From a bacterium (GTDB lineage: Bacteria; UBA8248), in the NCBI GenBank assembly GCA_965199855.1, contig OZ241326.1:288001-352000 (forward strand): 64,000 nt of DNA. Direction: 5' to 3'. The notes under the pieces were generated by a model, which saw nothing but the letters and a program-made list of their open reading frames with translations, was not told the DNA's origin and did not search any database. Position 1 is the first letter of the stretch; every line of letters begins with the position of its first letter. Below, piece after piece: positions 56,376 to 64,000 of the stretch. A program made the translations under genes and the position numbers.

Positions 56376-57569
56376 ATGTCAAACAAACCGCAGGGCGGGG
56401 AAGCGGCGGCGCGGCTCGACGCGCCCGGACGCGGGAGGCTCCGGCGGCGCCTCCTCTCCTGGTACGATCGGGAGAAAAGAGCGCTCCCCTGGCGCGGCGA
56501 GAAGAACCCCTACCGCGTCTGGGTCTCCGAGGCGATGCTCCAGCAGACGCGGGCGGAGACCGTGCGGGCGCGCTGGCCCGCCTTTCTCAAGCGGTTTCCC
56601 ACCCTCGCCGCCCTCGCCGACGCGCCTCTCGATTCCGTCCTCGCCGAATGGCAGGGGCTCGGCTACTACGCCCGCGCGAGAAGCCTCCACCGCGCCGCGC
56701 GGGAGGTGATGCGCCGCGGGGGCGCGCTGCCGCGAACGCGCGAGGAGCTGCTCGCGCTGCCGGGCGTAGGCCCCTACACGGCGGGCGCCGTCGCCAGCAT
56801 CGCCTTCGGGGAGCGTTGCGCGGCCATCGACGGAAACGCCCTGCGCGTCCTGAGCCGCGTCCTGAACCTCGCGCTTCCCGTCGATTCCCCGCCCGCGCGG
56901 AGGATCATCGGGGAAGCGGCGGAGGCACTCGTTCCGCCCGCGAGGCCGGGCGACTTCAACCAGGCGCTCATGGAGCTCGGCGCGAGGGTCTGCCTGCCGG
57001 CGCGGCCCGCCTGCGCGCGCTGCCCTCTCCGCGCCTCCTGCGCGGGGCGAAGCGCCGGAACCCAGGACGCCCTGCCGGTGAAGGCCGCGAAAAGGCCGCC
57101 CGCGCCGGTCACCATCTTCCAGTTCTGGGCGGAGCGGGAAGGGCGCGTCCGCCTCGTTCAAAGAGAGCGAAGCGGACTTTTCGGCGGCATGTGGGAGCTG
57201 CCCGGCTTCATGGAGAAGGGCCGCCCGGGGAGAATCGACCCGCGCCGCCTGCGCGCCGAGTGCGCGAAGGCGGTCGGGGGCGGCTGGCGGCCGACGCGCG
57301 AGCTCGCCCGGGTCGAGAGGACGCTCACGCACAGAAAAATCCTGTTCGTCGTGCATCTGGCGGAAAACCCCGGCGGGAAGGCGGCGGCGAACGGGGAGGG
57401 GCGCCTCTGGGCGTCGGAGGAGGAGGCCGCCGCGCTTGCGCTCTCCTCCGCCCAGCGCGCCGCGTGGCGCGCGGCGAGGGACGCCCTCGACTCCAAGAGG
57501 GAGAAGCCGGACGGCGGGCGCCGCGCCGCGCCTTTTCAGGCCGCGCCCCCGAAGCGCTCCTTCAGGTAG
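56376..57569 (+). CDS. mutY: A/G-specific adenine glycosylase
   Basis: LPWR, WVSE.MLQQT, WQGLGYY.RAR, LPGVGPYTA, DGN, C.P..P.C..CP...C. Confidence 0.95.
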   Translation: MSNKPQGGEAAARLDAPGRGRLRRRLLSWYDREKRALPWRGEKNPYRVWVSEAMLQQTRAETVRARWPAFLKRFPTLAALADAPLDSVLAEWQGLGYYARARSLHRAAREVMRRGGALPRTREELLALPGVGPYTAGAVASIAFGERCAAIDGNALRVLSRVLNLALPVDSPPARRIIGEAAEALVPPARPGDFNQALMELGARVCLPARPACARCPLRASCAGRSAGTQDALPVKAAKRPPAPVTIFQFWAEREGRVRLVQRERSGLFGGMWELPGFMEKGRPGRIDPRRLRAECAKAVGGGWRPTRELARVERTLTHRKILFVVHLAENPGGKAAANGEGRLWASEEEAAALALSSAQRAAWRAARDALDSKREKPDGGRRAAPFQAAPPKRSFR

Positions 57570-58444
57570 TCCTCGAGCGTCCTGGGCTTCAGGCCGAAGG
57601 CCGCCTTGAAGGGTTCGGGGTCGCACACGTTGTCCTCGCCCAGCATCGTGATCTGATCCTCGGTGAAGGGAGGCTTCATGGGGAGCAGGTTGAACGCCCT
57701 GGCCTGGAAGCGCGCGAGGGGCGTCGGCAGGCGCAGGAGCAGCCGCCTCTTGCCCATCGCCCCGACCACCATGGAGAGCAGCTCCCTCAGCGAATACGCC
57801 CTGTCTCCGCCCACGTCGTAGGTCTGCCCGATGGTCTCCGCCATGTTCAGGCAATCGGCGAAGCAGCGGCACACGTCCTCCACCCAGACGGGCTGAAGTT
57901 TCCCCTCCCCCGAGCCGATGACGGGAAGGGCGGGGGCCGCGCGCGCGATGCCGGCGAAGGCGTTGATGAATTCGTCGCGCTCGCCGAAGATGATGGAGGG
58001 GCGGAATATCGTCCAGTCCAGCCCGCTTTCCCGAACGAACCGCTCGGCGGCGAACTTCGTTTTGTGATAGCGGGCGACGGCGTCCTCCCGCGTCCCCAGG
58101 GCGCTCATGTGGACGAAGCGCTTCACGCCCGCCTGCTCGGCGGCGGCCACCATCCGCCGCGTCCCCTCCGCGTGGACGGCCTCGAAGCCGGGCGTTCCCT
58201 TCTCGATGATGATGCCCACGAGGTGGATGACGGCGTCCTGCTTCTTCATCAGTTCGGCGAGCTGATCCACCGAATACGAGGCGACGTCCCCCCGGACGGG
58301 ATAGACCCCGCTCAGCGAGGCCAGGCGCTGCCTGGCGGGTTCGGGGTCGCGGGAGAGCGTCCTGATTTCATGTCCCGCCAGCGAGAGCATCGGAAGCAGC
58401 GCGCCGCCGACGTATCCCGTTCCGCCCGTCAGAAAAACCTTCAT
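57536..58444 (-). CDS. NDUFA9-like atypical SDR (NAD-dependent epimerase family)
   Basis: MKVFLTGGTGYVG, HLVGII.E, HMSALG, Y..TK, QPVWVEDV. Confidence 0.9.
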   Translation of the reverse strand: MKVFLTGGTGYVGGALLPMLSLAGHEIRTLSRDPEPARQRLASLSGVYPVRGDVASYSVDQLAELMKKQDAVIHLVGIIIEKGTPGFEAVHAEGTRRMVAAAEQAGVKRFVHMSALGTREDAVARYHKTKFAAERFVRESGLDWTIFRPSIIFGERDEFINAFAGIARAAPALPVIGSGEGKLQPVWVEDVCRCFADCLNMAETIGQTYDVGGDRAYSLRELLSMVVGAMGKRRLLLRLPTPLARFQARAFNLLPMKPPFTEDQITMLGEDNVCDPEPFKAAFGLKPRTLEDYLKERFGGAA

Positions 58445-59754
58445 CGAACCGCCTCCCCCGTGAAGCGCGAAGCGCCGCCCGTTCCGCCCGCCTCCCCGAG
58501 GCGCGCGACCGCGCCCACCGGAGGCTCGCCCTTCGTCAGCTCCCGCAACGCCTCGCTCGCGTACGCCCCCGGCGGCAGGGTGAACCACAGGCGCAGGTTC
58601 GCGCCCTCCATCTTAAGCCCCGCGTCCAACATCCGCGCGCGATAGGGCCGCCTCGCGCCGTAAAGCCCCAGCCCGGCCAGCCCGTCGAGAATCTTGTGAT
58701 CCCCGACGCCCAAGGATTCTAGCACGCTCCGCTCCATTTTTCGCGGCTCGCCCCGCGCCTCGAGGAGCTTCCGGCCGATGAGGGGCCCGGCGGGGCTCGT
58801 CTCGAAGCGCGCCGCGGCGTCCGCCTCCTTCTCCGCCGCGCCCGCCCTTCGCGCCCTGCCCGAGGGGTGGTGAAAAAGCGCGTCGCCCGCCCAGACGCGG
58901 TCGTGGGCGCGCGCCTCGAGCCTCCGCGCCAGACACAGGTTGAAGACGGCCGCCTGAAGCGCGCCGCCATACAGCGCGCGCTCCCTCGCGGGAATGGCCG
59001 CCGCCGCGCGCCCGGGCGAGGCGCCTCCCTCCAGGCGGGCGAGGACGCGCCTCTCCGCCTCCCAGGAGGCCGGGCAGAGCCGCCGCGCGCCCCCGAAATC
59101 GCCCGCCTCGTATCTGCGGGCCGCCTCCAGGAGCCGCGCGTCCGCGCCCTCGCGCGCGGAGGAGAGCCTCGCGGCGCCCAGCATCGCGTCGAGCGCGCCC
59201 CGCCAGTCTCTCCCCGAGAGCGCCAGGCCGATTCGCGCCGTGTGGCCGTGCGCGCCGAACCTCTGATCGCCGAAAGCGTTGGGGAGCCCCCGCGAGAGGA
59301 GCGCGTCCAGCGTCGTCCGCGCCCTCTCCTCCGCGCCGGGGGCGACCTCCCGAATCAGTATCTCGAAGCGGTTGCCCGCCAGCGCGCCGCGCCTGAGTCC
59401 GCTCCGGGAGCGCGCCGCCTCCAGCACCCGGACGCCCTCGGCGGCGTCTTTCGCCTTCGGCAGGGCGTCCGCGGCCTCGCGCTCCGGCAGGCGGAAGGAA
59501 AGCCACTGCCGCGCCACCGCGTTGGCGTCCTTCAGGCCCGCGCAGCCCGCCCGATCCTCGTCCAGGTTCAGCGCGCGGCGCAGAGCGCGCAGCGCCTCGA
59601 GGGTCGAGACGCCCCGCTTCTCCACCAGCAGATGGAGGTATTCCCCGTCGCCGTCCGGCGGGCGGAGGGGAATTTCCTCCACGCGGAAATCCTCGGGCCG
59701 CTCCCGCAGGCGTCCGCCCACGCCCGGCGTTTCGGTGAGATACGCTCCCGCCAT
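58441..59754 (-). CDS. truD: tRNA pseudouridine(13) synthase
   Basis: PEDFRVEE, AGLKD..AV.RQW, GNRFEI, PN.FG.QRFG, F.LPPG.YA. Confidence 0.94.
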   Translation of the reverse strand: MAGAYLTETPGVGGRLRERPEDFRVEEIPLRPPDGDGEYLHLLVEKRGVSTLEALRALRRALNLDEDRAGCAGLKDANAVARQWLSFRLPEREAADALPKAKDAAEGVRVLEAARSRSGLRRGALAGNRFEILIREVAPGAEERARTTLDALLSRGLPNAFGDQRFGAHGHTARIGLALSGRDWRGALDAMLGAARLSSAREGADARLLEAARRYEAGDFGGARRLCPASWEAERRVLARLEGGASPGRAAAAIPARERALYGGALQAAVFNLCLARRLEARAHDRVWAGDALFHHPSGRARRAGAAEKEADAAARFETSPAGPLIGRKLLEARGEPRKMERSVLESLGVGDHKILDGLAGLGLYGARRPYRARMLDAGLKMEGANLRLWFTLPPGAYASEALRELTKGEPPVGAVARLGEAGGTGGASRFTGEAVR

Positions 59755-59871
59755 CTCCCCTCCGGACGGCTTCGTCCATTCATCCCATCGGGGCTATACT
59801 GCGGACTTTCTCCGCGCGGCTTCGCCCGGGGGCCTGCTTGCGCGCCGCGCTTTTGTCATGAGGAAATCGCC

Positions 59872-60390
59872 ATGTCCGCCTTTTTCGACAAGACCGCCTT
59901 CATTCTTCTGGCCATGGCGGCGGGTCTCGCGCTTCTGTCCTGGCAGAAAACCGGGGAGCTGCCCTGGGCGCCCGCCGGCCGCGCCGCGAGCCTGATCGCG
60001 AGCATCTTTCCCAAGCTCGCCGTCGGAATGCTCATCGGCGCGCTCATGGTCGAGGTTCTGCCGAAGGAACTCCTGCAGGCCTGGCTCTCCGACCGCTCGG
60101 GCTGGCGCGGCATCCTCGTGGGCTGGGCGGCCGGGTGCCTGCTCCCCGTGGGCGCGCCCTTCGTCTTATACCCGATCGTGGCGGGGCTGCTCCAGGGAGG
60201 GGCGGGCTTCGGGCCGATGGTGACGCTGCTCACGGCGTCCGCCCTGGTCGGCCCGGTGCGAACGCTCATCTACGAGATTCCCATCATCGGAACCGAGTTC
60301 TTCCTCTTCCGCATCCTCGCCGTCTTCTGGGTTCCGCCCGTCGCGGGCGCGCTCTCGCAGGTGGTGGTTCGCCTCCTCCGCGGCGGCTGA
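59872..60390 (+). CDS. Predicted permease (DUF318-like membrane protein)
   Basis: Hydrophobic; WLSDRSGWRG, G..LP.G.PFV.YP. Confidence 0.75.
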   Translation: MSAFFDKTAFILLAMAAGLALLSWQKTGELPWAPAGRAASLIASIFPKLAVGMLIGALMVEVLPKELLQAWLSDRSGWRGILVGWAAGCLLPVGAPFVLYPIVAGLLQGGAGFGPMVTLLTASALVGPVRTLIYEIPIIGTEFFLFRILAVFWVPPVAGALSQVVVRLLRGG

Positions 60391-60434
60391 GGCGGGGCAC
60401 GCCGAGGGGCGCGCGACCGCGGGGAGGGGCGGCG

Positions 60435-61774
60435 TGATTTTGCAGGTGAAGCGCGGGAGCGTTTCCCTTCTTGCGCCCCGTTGCGGGTCGGCGATGGCGC
60501 CGCGCGCGGCGATTACGGCAATCGTAGGGACAACCCCCTGTGGTTGTCCTCGCCGCCGCATCCGCATCCAGCCGCCGCGCGAAAATCCCGTAGGGGTCAT
60601 TCGGGAACGCCCCGCCCCGCCAACCAAACGGACAATCACCGGGGGGTCGGCCCACGCCGTCGAAACGGGCGGTTCACGAACCGCCCCTACGAAACCATGA
60701 ACCCGCGCATGGATTGACCGGGAACGCCCGTTCGCCGCCGCGCGCCCCGGTTCCGGATTCCGGCCTTCGCCGGAATGACGGCGAAAGACTAACCCCGGCG
60801 CCCCTTCGATCTGATAGAGAACAACATCGAGACGACGGCGAGGATTTCCCCTCCGCCGCCCGCCGCGTTTGTCAATTCGTCATTCCGGCGAAGGCCGGAA
60901 TCCAGGGTTTTGATTCCCTTCCCTTCAAAACGGGCGGTTCCCGAGCCGCCCCTACGAAAACATGAAACCCATGTCCCCGCCGATCGCCGGGCGGGACGCA
61001 TATATGCGTCCCCTACGCAAAATCAAAATCGCCTCGCCCGTAGGGGGCGCATTCTTGCGCCCCGTTCCGCGGGTCGGCGATGCCGCGGCCCGTAGGGACA
61101 ACCCCCTGTGGTTGTCCGCCCCGCGTCCTTCCCCGCATCGGGACAATCCCCTCGCCCCGTCGGAATCGATCGCGCATTTGCCCGCATTTGCGGTTATGGG
61201 GCTTTCCCCTGAATGCGCGAGAATCCGCCGTGAGAGGGAGGAGGCGAACGCATGGGCTTCGGGAAGCGGATGACGGCGAAGGCGAGGGCGTGGGTCAGGG
61301 CGTTTTTCGCTCCGCGCCGTTTTCGCGTCGTCAATTCCGGCGAGGAGGAGGGTTTGCGGAATCCGTCATTTTCCCGTCGGCGTCGGATTGCGGGTTCCGC
61401 AGGCGCGGCGCGCGCGCGTCGTCCGCGCCATAATGAAAACGATCCCGTTTTCGACAAAATCCGACAAATTCACGGCCTTATCCCGCAAATTCGCGCCTTT
61501 TTTCGACAAATTCAAGACCCTTCGGAACGCGGAAAAAATATCAAGTCATTGAAAATAAAATGGTTATGGAAACAAAGGGGCACCGGGAGGGGGTATTTCG
61601 CAAGGCCGCGGCGTTTGCGCGCATCTGCCCGCACTTGCTCCGCGCCGCCATCCCGCAGGAGTCGTTCGGAAACGCCCCGCCGCCTGTGGCGCGAATCCTT
61701 CCCCAAAACGGGCGGCTCGGCGAGCCGCCCCTACGAAACCCTCGCCACCGCCGCCGTAGGGGGCGCATATATGG
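60435..61774. repeat. Mosaic REP-like array D, largely inverted relative to array A
   Basis: 61171-61774 is an imperfect inverted copy of 16749-17282; other modules match arrays A-C. Confidence 0.9.
61539..61551 (+). promoter_or_regulatory. IHF-consensus site within array D
   Basis: TATCAAGTCATTG fits WATCAANNNNTTR. Confidence 0.55.
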
Positions 61775-61846
61775 CCCCGTCGGCGGGCGTGGGGTTCGCG
61801 TCCGCGCGGAGGGGCGGCACCTTTTCGTCGGGACGATTCAGGGAAG

Positions 61847-62869
61847 CTAGGAGGCGCCCAGGTGGTCGGCCAGACCGCGCAGGAGGGTCTCGCGCGAGAC
61901 GGCGCCGACCACCTCGCCCGCGGCGTCCACCACCCGAAGCGGGGATTCGCTCGCCAGGGACTTCATCACCATGTCCTGGAGGACGGTGTTGCGCGCGACG
62001 AACGGCCCGCGCGTCTCCTCCTCCGGCGGCGTCATGATGGCCCCCGCCGTCACCACGCGGCCGCGCCGCGCGTCCCGCGCGAACACGCGCACGTAGTTGG
62101 TGGCGGGGCTGAGCAGAATCTCCTCCGGCTCGCCCACCTGGTGAACCGCGCCGTCCTTCAGGATGGCGATGCGGTCGCCGATCTTGAGCGCCTCGTCCAG
62201 ATCGTGGGTGATGAAAACGATGGTCTTCTTGAGGTCGCGCTGGAGCACGATGAGGTGCTCCTGCATCTGCTTGCGAATCAGGGGGTCGAGGGCGCTGAAG
62301 GGCTCGTCCATGAGCAGGATGTCCGGGTCCGTGCAGAGGGCGCGCGCCAGGCCCACCCGCTGCTGCATCCCCCCCGAGAGCTGCGCCGGATAGGCCTCCT
62401 CGTAGCCGGCGAGCCCCACGTCCTCTATCCAGCGCATCGCCCGCCGGGTGCGCTCCTTGAGCGGCGCGCCCTGCACCTCGAGGCCGTAGCAGGTGTTCTC
62501 GAGCACCGTCATGTGGGGAAAGAGCGCGAAGCGCTGGAAGACCATGCTCGTGGTTTCCCGGCGAAACGCGATCAGCTCCTCCTGGGAGAGCTGGAGGATG
62601 TCCCTGCCCTCGACGATCACCTGGCCCGCGGTCGGGTCGATGAGCCGGTTGACGTGGCGGATGAGGGTCGATTTCCCGGAGCCGGAAAGCCCCATGACCA
62701 CGAATATCTCCCCGCTCTCGACGGAGAGGCTGACGTCCTTCAGGCCGAGCGTACAGCCGGTCTTCGCCAGCAGGTCGTCCTTGCCGGCGCCCTCCCGAAC
62801 CAAGGCGAGGGCCTCCTCCGCGGCGTCTCCGAATATCTTGAAGACGCTTCGTATCTCGATGAGCGGCAC
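61847..62869 (-). CDS. proV: Glycine betaine/proline ABC transporter ATPase
   Basis: MGLSGSGKST, LSGGMQQRVGLARAL, MDEPFSALDPLIR. Confidence 0.94.
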   Translation of the reverse strand: MPLIEIRSVFKIFGDAAEEALALVREGAGKDDLLAKTGCTLGLKDVSLSVESGEIFVVMGLSGSGKSTLIRHVNRLIDPTAGQVIVEGRDILQLSQEELIAFRRETTSMVFQRFALFPHMTVLENTCYGLEVQGAPLKERTRRAMRWIEDVGLAGYEEAYPAQLSGGMQQRVGLARALCTDPDILLMDEPFSALDPLIRKQMQEHLIVLQRDLKKTIVFITHDLDEALKIGDRIAILKDGAVHQVGEPEEILLSPATNYVRVFARDARRGRVVTAGAIMTPPEEETRGPFVARNTVLQDMVMKSLASESPLRVVDAAGEVVGAVSRETLLRGLADHLGAS

Positions 62870-62873
62870 CGGC

Positions 62874-63779
62874 TCAGCCCTCCCCGGTCGTTTTGATGAG
62901 CCGCTTGCCGTAGGCCTGGGTCGCCCGATCCATGACGATGGCGAGCAGCACGATTCCCACGCCCGCCTCGAGCGCGCGCCCGACGTTGAGCTGCTGGAGG
63001 CCCAGGAGCACCTCGTTTCCGAGCCCGCGGGTTCCGATCATCGAGGCGATGACCACCATCGAGAGCGCCATCATCGTGGTCTGGTTGACGCCCTGCATGA
63101 TGTTGGAGAGCGCCATGGGGATCTGCACGCCGAGGAGCTTCTGCCGCTTGCTGGCACCCATGGCGTCGGACGCCTCCACAATGTCCTCGTCGACCAGGCG
63201 GATGCCGAGGTCGGTGAGGCGGATCACCGGCGGGACGGCGTAGATCACCGTGGCGAATACGGCGGGAACCGCGCCCAGGCCGAACAGCATGATCGCCGGA
63301 ATGAGATAGACGAAGCTCGGCATGGTCTGCATGAGGTCGAGCACCGGAAGGACGAGGTTGCGCATCCGGTCGCTCCTCGAAATCGCGATGCCGATGGGGA
63401 TGCCGATGACGATGCAGATGAGGGTGGAGATCAGCATGACCGAGAGGGTCATCATCGCGTAGTCCCAGAGCTTGGGATCCACGAGGCCGATGAAGAGCAG
63501 ACACCCCGCCACGAGCGCGGTCACGCCGCGCTGGCGGCCGCTGGAGAAGTAGGTGAGCGCGGTCACGGCGGCGAACACGACGATCCACGGAAGGTCGCGC
63601 AGGAAATGCTCCAGGCCGACCAGCAGCGCGAGGAGGGTGTCCGAGACGGTCTCGAAGACGATTCCGTACTCCGAGACCAGCCATTCCACGAAAACGTTAG
63701 CCCACCTGTTGAGCGGCAGGTTCAGGCCCTTGGGCCATTCAACCGCCCAATCGGGAAGCAGTCCGCGCAAAAGCGCCAT
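62874..63779 (-). CDS. proW: Glycine betaine/proline ABC transporter permease
   Basis: LDLMQTMPSFVYLIP, GVNQTTMMALSMVVIASMIG. Confidence 0.95.
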   Translation of the reverse strand: MALLRGLLPDWAVEWPKGLNLPLNRWANVFVEWLVSEYGIVFETVSDTLLALLVGLEHFLRDLPWIVVFAAVTALTYFSSGRQRGVTALVAGCLLFIGLVDPKLWDYAMMTLSVMLISTLICIVIGIPIGIAISRSDRMRNLVLPVLDLMQTMPSFVYLIPAIMLFGLGAVPAVFATVIYAVPPVIRLTDLGIRLVDEDIVEASDAMGASKRQKLLGVQIPMALSNIMQGVNQTTMMALSMVVIASMIGTRGLGNEVLLGLQQLNVGRALEAGVGIVLLAIVMDRATQAYGKRLIKTTGEG

Positions 63780-63844
63780 GGCGAGCGGGCCTCCTCGTGA
63801 CTACGGGCGCCGCCCCTGCGGAAGAGGCGCCGCGCGGGGGCGGT

Positions 63845-64000
63845 TCAGGCGGCGGCGAGCGCCGCCTCTATCTTCTTCGCCACGTCGGCCGGCACCCACT
63901 TCTTCCACACCTTGTTGGTTTTGAGGAAGTGGATGGCGGTGGTCTTCGCGTCGCCGTTCGCTTCTTTCTCGAGATAGGCCAGCGCCTTCGAGACCACGCT
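63845..64000 (-). CDS. proX: Glycine betaine ABC substrate-binding protein, C-terminal fragment
   Basis: Manual translation ...AKTTAIHFLKTNKVWKKWVPADVAKKIEAALAAA-stop, upstream of proW. Confidence 0.75.
   Translation of the reverse strand, partial: SVVSKALAYLEKEANGDAKTTAIHFLKTNKVWKKWVPADVAKKIEAALAAA

Noticed and set aside
57536-57569. Convergent 34-bp overlap of mutY and the NDUFA9-like gene
   Set aside because: Short tail overlaps are common in GC-rich genomes.

Overview
GC-rich bacterial chromosomal segment; taxonomy cannot be established from sequence alone. Housekeeping and catabolic genes dominate: three family III CoA-transferases, three crotonase-family enzymes, two paralogous alpha/beta-hydrolases, a complete iscRSUA-hscBA-fdx-iscX operon, trxB, pncB, mutY, truD, engB, rsmI, and peptide and glycine-betaine ABC transporters. 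Accessory DNA is concentrated in the first 26 kb. It includes a lower-GC nurA-herA pair next to a deletion scar, a hicAB module beside a type II restriction-modification pair whose nuclease is frameshifted, and an IS1595-family transposon (22-bp TIRs, 8-bp TSD) carrying a methyltransferase-nuclease fusion. It also includes a 1379-aa autotransporter preceded by a perfect (GTCGGTGA)x27 repeat that can set its reading frame. Four mosaic arrays of GTAG- and CGTC-tagged palindromes share reshuffled linker modules; one module is inverted between copies, and two arrays carry a core with an IHF-consensus site and 21-bp-spaced motifs. The ORF track misses a UxxC selenocysteine glutaredoxin upstream of trxB. 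No rRNA, tRNA or CRISPR array was recognised.
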